This document shows positions 39,526 through 47,356 of a DNA stretch of 47,356 bases, one piece after another. Under the pieces are notes generated by a model, which saw nothing but the letters and a program-made list of their open reading frames with translations, made no database searches and was not told the DNA's origin. Source of the DNA: Bdellovibrionota bacterium (GTDB lineage: Bacteria; Bdellovibrionota_C; UBA2361; JBGSMV01); the NCBI GenBank assembly GCA_044356455.1, contig JBIKWF010000022.1, positions 1-47,356 of the forward strand, given 5' to 3'. Numbering within the stretch: position 1 is the stretch's first letter; each line of letters starts with the position of its first letter. A program made the position numbers and the translations under genes.

Positions 39526-39580
39526 GCTGACACCTGCAAAACTAAAAATCGTCCTAAACGTTTTACCCTAAGCACTCACC

Positions 39581-40948
39581 TCAATGTGCGTGTGCGTGAT
39601 CTCCGTTACGCATTGGCGGAGGCAAGATCTCCTTAATTTCCATCATTGCTACTGCCGGGAAGAACTTAAGGAATAGCGTCATCCACATCCCGAACCAGCC
39701 AAAAGCACCAAGGGTAATCCCGACATCTACCCACGAGAAATTGTAGTTACCCCAAACGGAGGGCAAGAAGTCATGGGCCAAGGATTGGACAATGATATTG
39801 AAACGCTCGAACCACATTCCAATATTGATGATAATCGAAAGCACGAAAAGGAAGGGGATATTCGTGCGAAGCGGCTTACACCAGAGAGCCAGCGGAGCCA
39901 TACAGTTGCAGAAAGCCATGATCCAGAAGGCAAGCGCATACTCACCAAAAGGCCTAAACCAGAACTGCGCGCGCTCAAAGGGATTATTACTGAACCATGC
40001 GATGTAGAACTCAGTAATATAGGCGTAGGAAACAATGCCGCTCGTTACCATGATGAGCTTACTCATCGCGTCAAAATGGTCGGGAGTAATCAGGCGCTCT
40101 AACTTGTAGACCTTTCGGATCGGAATAACGAGCGTCATCACCATGGCGACCCCTGAGAAGATCGCTCCCGCAACGAAGTACGGAGGAAAGATAGTCGCAT
40201 GCCAACCAGGTACAATGCTCACTGCGAAGTCCCAAGAAACGACGCTATGCACCGAGACCACAAGCGGCGTTGCGAAGGCCGCGAACAGCAGATAGGCCGA
40301 AGTGTAATGCTTCCACTGCGTATGACTCCCCGACCAGCCAACCGAAGTCACCGTGTAGAGAATCTTGCGGAAGGTGGTCTTGGCTCTATCGCGCATAATG
40401 GCGATATCGGGGATCAAGCCGACAATAAAGAACGTCGCTGATACGGTAAGGTAGGTGGAAACCGCAAATACGTCCCACAGTAGCGGCGACCTGAAATTAG
40501 GCCAAAGCGCCATCTGGTTTGGATAGGGCATGAGCCAATAGAAGAACCAAGGACGCCCCAAGTGAATAAGTGGGAACAGTCCGGCGGTGAGAACGGCGAA
40601 GACCGTCATCGCTTCCGCCAAGCGGTAAATTGAGTTTCTGAATTTGGCGCGGAACAAGTAGAGCACCGCTGAAATAAGAGTTCCGGAGTGCGCAATACCA
40701 ACCCAGAATACGAAATTGGTGATATAGGCACCCCATGATATCGGATGAGATTTACCCGACTCTCCGATACCAACAATGATCTGTTGGGACCAGCTCACAG
40801 CCCCCACTGCTACGCAACAGAGACAGAGCGCCAAAAGACAATACCAACCAAATGTTGGCGGCTCCATCATGCGTGCTACCGTATCATCGACCTCGGCATA
40901 CGTTACCGGAGGCTCTTTCTTCGCGTGCTCTTTACTGTGGTGTTCCAT
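39581..40948 (-). CDS. actC: Alternative complex III quinol-oxidising subunit ActC (NrfD/PsrC family)
   Basis: ITNFVFWVGIAHSGTLISA, HLGRPW, NFRSPLLWD, SVHSVVSWDFA, PGWHATIFPPYFVAGA. Confidence 0.93.
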   Translation of the reverse strand: MEHHSKEHAKKEPPVTYAEVDDTVARMMEPPTFGWYCLLALCLCCVAVGAVSWSQQIIVGIGESGKSHPISWGAYITNFVFWVGIAHSGTLISAVLYLFRAKFRNSIYRLAEAMTVFAVLTAGLFPLIHLGRPWFFYWLMPYPNQMALWPNFRSPLLWDVFAVSTYLTVSATFFIVGLIPDIAIMRDRAKTTFRKILYTVTSVGWSGSHTQWKHYTSAYLLFAAFATPLVVSVHSVVSWDFAVSIVPGWHATIFPPYFVAGAIFSGVAMVMTLVIPIRKVYKLERLITPDHFDAMSKLIMVTSGIVSYAYITEFYIAWFSNNPFERAQFWFRPFGEYALAFWIMAFCNCMAPLALWCKPLRTNIPFLFVLSIIINIGMWFERFNIIVQSLAHDFLPSVWGNYNFSWVDVGITLGAFGWFGMWMTLFLKFFPAVAMMEIKEILPPPMRNGDHAHAH

Positions 40949-41099
40949 GGGTCCAGCGTCTCATTGAAACTGCTTTTACTTCTCATCTCCTAAGTCGCCC
41001 TTTAGGGGTGTCCCCCCTTGAGGTTTCCTTACGAAGACTCTTACTGCGCAAATTAACCGAAAGGGCCCTCACAAGAGCCCTTTCGGGGACGGCAACTCT

Positions 41100-44000
41100 T
41101 TATGTCCTCGTGTACCGCAACCTTTCAAGGTAACTCACCGCAGGCTGAGTATTCACATAGTAGTCGAGAACCTTGTAGGCCCGTGCGGACTGCCGCTTCT
41201 TCACCACGGCACTCCCCATATCCTTGAGATTTCCGAAGGTAAGCGCTTGGGTCGGACAACTCTGCACACAGGCGGGCTGCACTTCCCCGTCTTTGACCAT
41301 GCGACCTTCATCCTTCGCGTGATCTTTTCCTTCAACGATACGCTGCACGCAGAAGGTGCACTTCTCCATGATCCCGACAATACGCTTTGTTACATCGGGG
41401 TTGAGCTGCATATTGAGAGGTTCAGGAAACTCGTAATCATACCAGTTAAAGCGTCGTACCTTGTAGCTACAGTTGTTAGAGCAGTAGCGAGTACCTACGC
41501 AGCGATTATAGACCATCGCATTGAGGCCCTCTTCGTTATGATACGTTGCATAGACTGGACAAACCGGCTCACAAGGAGCGTTGTTACAGTGCTGACACAT
41601 CATCGGAAGGAAGCTGACACTCAGCTCCTCAGGTGCAGGAGCCTCCGTGTTAGTCGCTCCATGGTTGTCATAGTAGCGCTCGATGCGTATCCATGACATC
41701 TCTCGTCCTTCAGAGATGCGCTGAGCCCCGACAACGGGGATATTGTTCTCGGCGTAACAAGCAACGACGCACGCCGAGCAGCCCGTACAAGCGGCAAGGT
41801 CGATAGTCATGCCCCACTCGTACATTGGATGTTCGCGCTGCTGATACATCTGCTTTATCTCATGCGAATGCTCATGCGCATAAGACTGCTTGGTGGTGAG
41901 CCCCCCAGTCGAGTCTTCTGAAATTAGCGAAGTGCGGGCAATATCACGACCATGCTGGAAATCACTTCCCATCAGTTTGGTGAGTTTTGCCCTGCCTGGT
42001 GCTCGAAAGCCTCTTACTTTTGTAGAAAGAAGCGCCACAGCATCGCCTGATTTAGTGTCACCTGACTTAGCAGCACCTGCTTTATCTGAGGCCCCCTTCG
42101 CCACTAAAGACAGAACATTGCCGCCACCTACCTGCTGGGCATAGCGACCATAGCCTTGGTGACCTTGACCGAGCGGTACAGCTACCATTTCCTGTCGAAC
42201 GTAGGGCGATACAAGAACGGGAACATTAATCTCCCCGTAGAAATTACGGAGGGTGATAACATCGCCCTGCTCAACGCCGACCTTTGCTGCGGTATCTGGG
42301 TGAATTTCTGCCCAGCTATTCCACACCAACTGAGTAATGGGGTCCGCAAGTTCTTGCAGCCAGGGCCTATTCGCCGCACGTCCGTCGAATGACTTTACCG
42401 AAGGATACGGCATCACGGTAAGCTCAAAGCCTCCAGCCTCAGACTTTCCAGCCGGATACGGATCAGAGAACTCTGGCGCGGAGAAGTTCAGGGCGAATGA
42501 AGCCTTATCAACCTTCACGCGAACGCGCTCTGAAGGATCCTGCTCAGCTAGAGCACCGGGGAAGAATCCGCCACGCTCTACGGATTCGAGCCAAAAAGTT
42601 GCGAAGTCACTGGAAACTCCATGAGTGCGGGAAACCGCCTTCCAACTCTCCTGAAGATACTCGAAGAACCCCTCAGGTGAAAAGGCGCCGCCGCTGCGAC
42701 CCGAGATTCCCTTGCCAGAAATTTCCTTTCCTGCGGCCTTTGCAAGCTTAATCAGGTTATCGCCAAGGTCGCGCGTGCTAAATACCGGAGCCATCGCTGG
42801 CTGTACGAGCGAATAGTGTCCTTCAAACGGGCGTACATCGCCCCAGGACTCAAGACCTGAATGCGAGGGCAGAATGAGATTTGCATTCTTTGAGGTTTCA
42901 TCAAGATGACTCGAGAGACTCACCACCAGCGGAACCTTACGCAGCGCATACTCAAAGCCATAGTCACTTGGCAGAGTGAAGGCGGGATTGGTCCCATGGA
43001 GCAGCACCATCGAGATGTTCCCCGAGTCCATGTCCCCCACAAGCTTAGTCATCTTGGCGAGGGACGTCTTAGGAACTCTCATGCGGCTTAGATTTATTGT
43101 CGCGCCAACATTCCCCAGAACTGAGTTGATTAAGTTAACCGCCACTAGCAACGACAACGCGTCCTGCGTTGCAGCGGCTGCACCACCACCAATCACAAGG
43201 GATGTCTTCGCAGAGTTGAGATAGTGCGCAACAAGCACAATCTTCTGTTCCTCAATGCCCGCTTCCGAAGCAACCGCGCCTACGCTTACGCCCTTCACGA
43301 GACCAGAAATCTGCTCACGTACCTCTGGGGAGAGGTTGGACCCGCGGCCACTTTCCACAAGAATCTTGAGTACGGCGAGCGCGATTCGAACCTCGGTACC
43401 CGGCTTATTCATCAGCCATTGGTCAGCGTTTGCGCCGCTAAGAGAAAGTCGTGGTTCAACTTGAATTACCCGCACAGGCTTCGCTGAGCGGCGGCTATCG
43501 GCCCATTGCCGTGCAAATTGTACAGGAGAAACCCACGTCTCTAGAAAATCAGCTCCGAAGTTAAGAAGAACTTCCGCCTTATCGATTGAGTATTCGGGAA
43601 TGCCATACACGCCGAAGACAAGCTCTGAGGCCTTGGCAAGCGCCACGGGCTGAAGCACGTCATAGGTTACGTGATCTGCTGAGAAATTACTCGACCATTC
43701 CGATACAAGCTCAGAAATGGCGCCTGTCATCTCACCGGTGAGTACTGCGCGTTTTTTGCCCTCTTTAAGAGATTCCTTGAGGGCTGCGCTTACCTGAGCC
43801 GAAGCCTCATCCCAAGAAATGGGTTCAAAACGAGCCGTAGCTCCTACGCCAGACACGCGCTTAAGCGGCTGACGAATACGGTCTGGATCATAGAGATGCT
43901 GAAGTGATGCTTGGCCAAGCGCACACAAACCGCCGGATCCGATCGGATTGCGCGGATTTCCTTCCACCTTAACGGCGCGTCCCTCGCGAGTGCGAACCTG

Positions 44001-44333
44001 AATTCCGCAACCGGCAGTACATTCGGTACATGTCGAGCTATACCAAACAGCCACGCCAGGAATCTGCTCTGCCTCACCCTTTACATACGAGTAAATATTC
44101 TGCTGTTTATCGGTCGCGCAGCCTGCGGCACCGGCAGCCGACGACGCGCCAAGGACCTTAAGGAAATTACGCCGCGACATTGAGCCTACCCCTGAGGTAG
44201 CCCCAGTGGCAGCGCTTGCGCCTCGAGGAGAAATCTGGACGAGCGCACTACCCTCAGCTGAGCTCAGCGAATCTGCAGTAAGAACATCTTCGCTTAGTGC
44301 TACGTTGTTTGACGGTACAGTCTGGCGTGTCAT
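41100..44333 (-). CDS. actB: Alternative complex III subunit ActB (molybdopterin-oxidoreductase-like domain fused to Fe-S domain)
   Basis: Tat motif SRRNFLK followed by lipobox-like AAGC; C-terminal CTGCSACVVAC, CQHCNNAPCEPVCP, CVGTRYCSNNC, KCTFC..ACVQSCP. ATG 44333 chosen as start. Confidence 0.92.
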   Translation of the reverse strand: MTRQTVPSNNVALSEDVLTADSLSSAEGSALVQISPRGASAATGATSGVGSMSRRNFLKVLGASSAAGAAGCATDKQQNIYSYVKGEAEQIPGVAVWYSSTCTECTAGCGIQVRTREGRAVKVEGNPRNPIGSGGLCALGQASLQHLYDPDRIRQPLKRVSGVGATARFEPISWDEASAQVSAALKESLKEGKKRAVLTGEMTGAISELVSEWSSNFSADHVTYDVLQPVALAKASELVFGVYGIPEYSIDKAEVLLNFGADFLETWVSPVQFARQWADSRRSAKPVRVIQVEPRLSLSGANADQWLMNKPGTEVRIALAVLKILVESGRGSNLSPEVREQISGLVKGVSVGAVASEAGIEEQKIVLVAHYLNSAKTSLVIGGGAAAATQDALSLLVAVNLINSVLGNVGATINLSRMRVPKTSLAKMTKLVGDMDSGNISMVLLHGTNPAFTLPSDYGFEYALRKVPLVVSLSSHLDETSKNANLILPSHSGLESWGDVRPFEGHYSLVQPAMAPVFSTRDLGDNLIKLAKAAGKEISGKGISGRSGGAFSPEGFFEYLQESWKAVSRTHGVSSDFATFWLESVERGGFFPGALAEQDPSERVRVKVDKASFALNFSAPEFSDPYPAGKSEAGGFELTVMPYPSVKSFDGRAANRPWLQELADPITQLVWNSWAEIHPDTAAKVGVEQGDVITLRNFYGEINVPVLVSPYVRQEMVAVPLGQGHQGYGRYAQQVGGGNVLSLVAKGASDKAGAAKSGDTKSGDAVALLSTKVRGFRAPGRAKLTKLMGSDFQHGRDIARTSLISEDSTGGLTTKQSYAHEHSHEIKQMYQQREHPMYEWGMTIDLAACTGCSACVVACYAENNIPVVGAQRISEGREMSWIRIERYYDNHGATNTEAPAPEELSVSFLPMMCQHCNNAPCEPVCPVYATYHNEEGLNAMVYNRCVGTRYCSNNCSYKVRRFNWYDYEFPEPLNMQLNPDVTKRIVGIMEKCTFCVQRIVEGKDHAKDEGRMVKDGEVQPACVQSCPTQALTFGNLKDMGSAVVKKRQSARAYKVLDYYVNTQPAVSYLERLRYTRT

Positions 44334-44460
44334 GGTATTCAACAATGCTTTTAAGATTAAGCCCGCTTTTTTGAACCCTTTCCTTCTCAGGCGGCCCACT
44401 CAGGCAATTTGTTTGCTCGAAGTTTTCCTAGCTCCTCATTAGCCAACGGCAACTTTTGCA

Positions 44461-45228
44461 CTAATAGTGACAAGTCACACAGTCGATGCTCGCGCCGCGT
44501 TGACGGTGACAATCAACACACCACCCCATCTTCATGGAACTGGCTCGTTCGACGACCTGCATATTAGGCACTTGCCCGTGACATTCCTGACAGGCAACCC
44601 CAGCCTTCACGTGTCGCTTGTGATTGAAATGTACGTAATCAGGCATCACGTGCACTTTAACCCATGGGATTGGTTCGCTACGAGACCAATAGCCCTCAAG
44701 CTTCGCAACCTCAGCCGCACTTTGCGCGAGACGATCCTTCTCGCTCGCGTCGGTTGCCGCGTCACCCTGCGCCTTAAGAGAGGCGCTGCTCACGACTTTA
44801 TGGCACCCAATACACGCCTCAACTTCAGGAATCGCGGCATACGCTGCCTTCGCAACTGAATAGTGGCAGTACTGACACTCCATCTTGTTCTTCTGAACAT
44901 GAGTAATGTGGCTGAAGTTAATGGGCTGCTCCGGGCGGTATCCGCGAGCGCGCTGCGGGGGGCCAAAATAGCGGTAGTAATCAACGATGTGCAGATCCCA
45001 CAAGGCAGCCTGGCCGTTGTTGTACACGCCGTCGCGAACGCCTAGCTCGGTATATTTCCCGATGGGTGTCGCTCCATAATTAGAAAGGTCAGATGGCGCA
45101 GCGCCCCCCGATCCATTCTGAGCCCCTGCGGTGTTTATACCGGCAGGCTCAAAGAAAAAGATGAACGCGAAACAAAGGGCCCCAAACCCGAGCGCCAATG
45201 AAAGAGGAGAGATTTTTTGTGTACGCAT
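44461..45228 (-). CDS. actA: Alternative complex III pentaheme cytochrome c ActA
   Basis: Five CxxCH motifs (CQYCH, CIGCH, CQECH, CVDCH, CVTCH); QPINFSH; MGWC. Confidence 0.92.
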   Translation of the reverse strand: MRTQKISPLSLALGFGALCFAFIFFFEPAGINTAGAQNGSGGAAPSDLSNYGATPIGKYTELGVRDGVYNNGQAALWDLHIVDYYRYFGPPQRARGYRPEQPINFSHITHVQKNKMECQYCHYSVAKAAYAAIPEVEACIGCHKVVSSASLKAQGDAATDASEKDRLAQSAAEVAKLEGYWSRSEPIPWVKVHVMPDYVHFNHKRHVKAGVACQECHGQVPNMQVVERASSMKMGWCVDCHRQRGASIDCVTCHY

Positions 45229-46165
45229 GAGAAAGCTTCAGCGAATAACAACCAAAGCAGAGATCAGATTAGACAAATTTCTTACTACCGCCGTCATCCC
45301 TCGCGAAGGATCCACCCAGCATAGACAAGTCCTCCTGTACCAAAGTCGCTCTCAAGCAAACTCTGAAAAACAGATGTCTCTGCGATTGGACTCCCCGCTC
45401 CGAACATCGAGCGCTGACCCGTGCTCCTGGTCTATAACGGATTTGTCATGAAAACTAAATGAGTGAAAATGAGTAGACCTATAGATTCCTTACTTGCTGG
45501 AAATAAAATTCTTTAGTACCCCCCGCCCCCCTTAGAAGCAGGCCGGCGAATACATGCCCCAACAAAGGTAGGCGAGAGGGAATCGCCGGACAGACCGCAA
45601 GGTAGCAAGCGTCCGCTGCATTTTGAAATAATGAGGACAATATCAGGGCAATTTTCACTGGTCGCGGAATGCGAGCGAGCCCCTTTAACAAAATTAGGTA
45701 GGGATGGTAGGCATCAGATGCCCTTAAATTGCGTAATACGCAAAACACCGTCAAAGACGGAGTTCTAGTTACGCGCCGCTCCTCTCCATTAGAAACCACC
45801 CATTCTCTACTCCCCCCTCATGGGAGCTGAAGTAAGCCAGATGAAAAGGATGGGAGTCGAGGGCAAATCATGAACCCATGTGGCCATTGTGCTACAAACC
45901 TATGCCGCAAAAGGCTAGCCCTCCCCCCCTACGGCATTTAAAATACATAACCATACCAGTGTTCTAGCATATTCATGCACACAAATATTATTTACCTCCC
46001 CCCTACCCCCTGGGATAGGTTTTCATCTTATGTTGTTTCAAGAACTATCCGATTCTCTCTTTAGAAGCGCACAAAGAATCCTGCACTCCTAGGGTCCTTT
46101 ATACCTAGCCAGTGCGGCACTCGGCGGACGCTTGTTTAACCACTTAGGCTGGTTGGTTTAGATAC

Positions 46166-46924
46166 ATGGCGACTCCAACATTCACCAAGTACAACAGCAT
46201 GATAGCCGATCCAGACTTGCAGACTCGCATGCGCCTTAAGCAAGCCACAGCGTCTGTGGTGCAGTTCGGGGAAGTAATTCAAATCGGACATCTGAGCGAA
46301 GCAGTTGGGCGCCTCGATGACGGAAAGCGCTGGGATGTTATTTTTATTTCGCATCATTTCACCGATGAAGAAGTAGCGAAGTTTATTTCACGCGCCAAAG
46401 AAATGAAGGGCGGCCAAGACACGGCCTTCATTCAGGTAATGAAGAACTCAGACCAAAAGAATGCGGCGATTGCGCAGGCAATGATGCGCGGAGCCGATGG
46501 ATTTCTCTTTGAGCCATATTCTGTCGATCAGTTGATTGAGATCACGGACCTTTCTGCGCGCATTAAAAGAGAACGCTCTGACATGCGTGAAAGTCTGGCG
46601 ATGACCCTCATCTTGGGCGACATCATGACCCAGCTCGATCTCGTCGCGTTCCTTAAGGCGTCCGGGTTTGAAGTGACGCGCAGCGCCACAAGGCTGAAGG
46701 AGCTCTGCGCCTCACTCAAAGGAAGTGCATCGACGCCAGAGAATCTCGCTCGCTATCATGGAATAGCTCTGAAACTTTTCGTCGAGGCTCCTTTACCAAA
46801 GCCCATGTTCCAAGCTCAAAAGTACGCCGGCGTAAGCTCGCGCGTGAAGAAGAAGATGGAAGAAAAGATTATTGCCGAAGTCGAGAAGGAGATGAAGTCT
46901 CCAGCGGCTGGGAAAGAGCAATAG
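46166..46924 (+). CDS. Atypical (pseudo-)receiver domain protein with helical C-terminus
   Basis: CheY-like fold (IADPD, WDVIFIS, GADGFLFEPYS) lacking the canonical phospho-Asp and Lys. Confidence 0.78.
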   Translation: MATPTFTKYNSMIADPDLQTRMRLKQATASVVQFGEVIQIGHLSEAVGRLDDGKRWDVIFISHHFTDEEVAKFISRAKEMKGGQDTAFIQVMKNSDQKNAAIAQAMMRGADGFLFEPYSVDQLIEITDLSARIKRERSDMRESLAMTLILGDIMTQLDLVAFLKASGFEVTRSATRLKELCASLKGSASTPENLARYHGIALKLFVEAPLPKPMFQAQKYAGVSSRVKKKMEEKIIAEVEKEMKSPAAGKEQ

Positions 46925-47019
46925 TCGGCAGGTTCATTAACTAATCGCACCACGCAACCTGTGCAAGCGCGTTCCGCGGTAGCTTTTTCACTGTATATTT
47001 TTCACGCCCCCCCCCATCC

Positions 47020-47077
47020 TTAGTGGTCTTTGTGTTCTTAGTGGTTGTTCCCAGGATTCATCGACCACTAAGAACGG
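47020..47077. repeat. CCACTAAG variant of the palindromic interspersed repeat
   Basis: gttcttagtggtt ... gaccactaagaac; similar to 23472-23520 (ggtcttagtggtt...aaccactaagacc). Confidence 0.6.
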
Positions 47078-47356
47078 CTATGAACGGCAGTGCGACCGCA
47101 GCGAGCATCAGCTGGCTCAATTTGTTCTCTTCCGTATTTCTAACTTTGGTGTGGTTTCTAAGCAGCTTCTCTGCCGATTTGTCGATTAGGGTTACAAGGG
47201 TTAGGTCGTGGAGACACAGAGACCGCGGAGTGTTCGCCGGCAAATTTGTAACTTTCTAGGTGGTACTAGGACTTTGTTTGCGAATGTTCAGGATAGCTAG
47301 CAAATATACTAAGGCACAGAGCTGAGCAAAATCTCGATTCTATCTCCCCTCCGCGG

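Noticed and set aside
37044..45228. QrcABCD or polysulfide reductase operon
   Set aside because: DUF3341, a monoheme cytochrome, ActF and a fused ActB together define ACIII.
45479..45799. 106-aa ORF upstream of actA; also short ORFs 36248-36433 and 47058-47243
   Set aside because: No motifs, RBS or compositional support; likely chance ORFs.

Overview
A chromosomal window from a Gram-negative bacterium. The rpmF-fabG-acpP-glyA-nrdR-rib-nusB order and the Cys-rich secreted protein suggest a deltaproteobacterial or Bdellovibrionota-like lineage; this is inference, not a database result. The left arm holds a soluble transhydrogenase (sthA-like), a 2-oxoacid dehydrogenase E2 with lipA, a B12-binding radical SAM gene coupled to a membrane protein, and a 1905-aa single-chain TamB-POTRA-Omp85 fusion. 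The centre holds a divergent di-heme bCcP/MauG-family protein and an envelope cluster of three GT-C-like polytopic proteins, a Cys-rich/poly-Ser secreted protein and a CPBP intramembrane protease. The right arm (minus strand) holds alternative complex III actABCDEF and a thinned-out housekeeping cluster, with a divergently transcribed pseudo-receiver protein beyond actA. Intergenic DNA carries at least three families of small palindromic or MITE-like elements. I saw no CRISPR array, tRNA, rRNA or transposase. The best candidates for new biology are the GT-C / poly-Ser / CPBP cluster and the TamB-Omp85 fusion.
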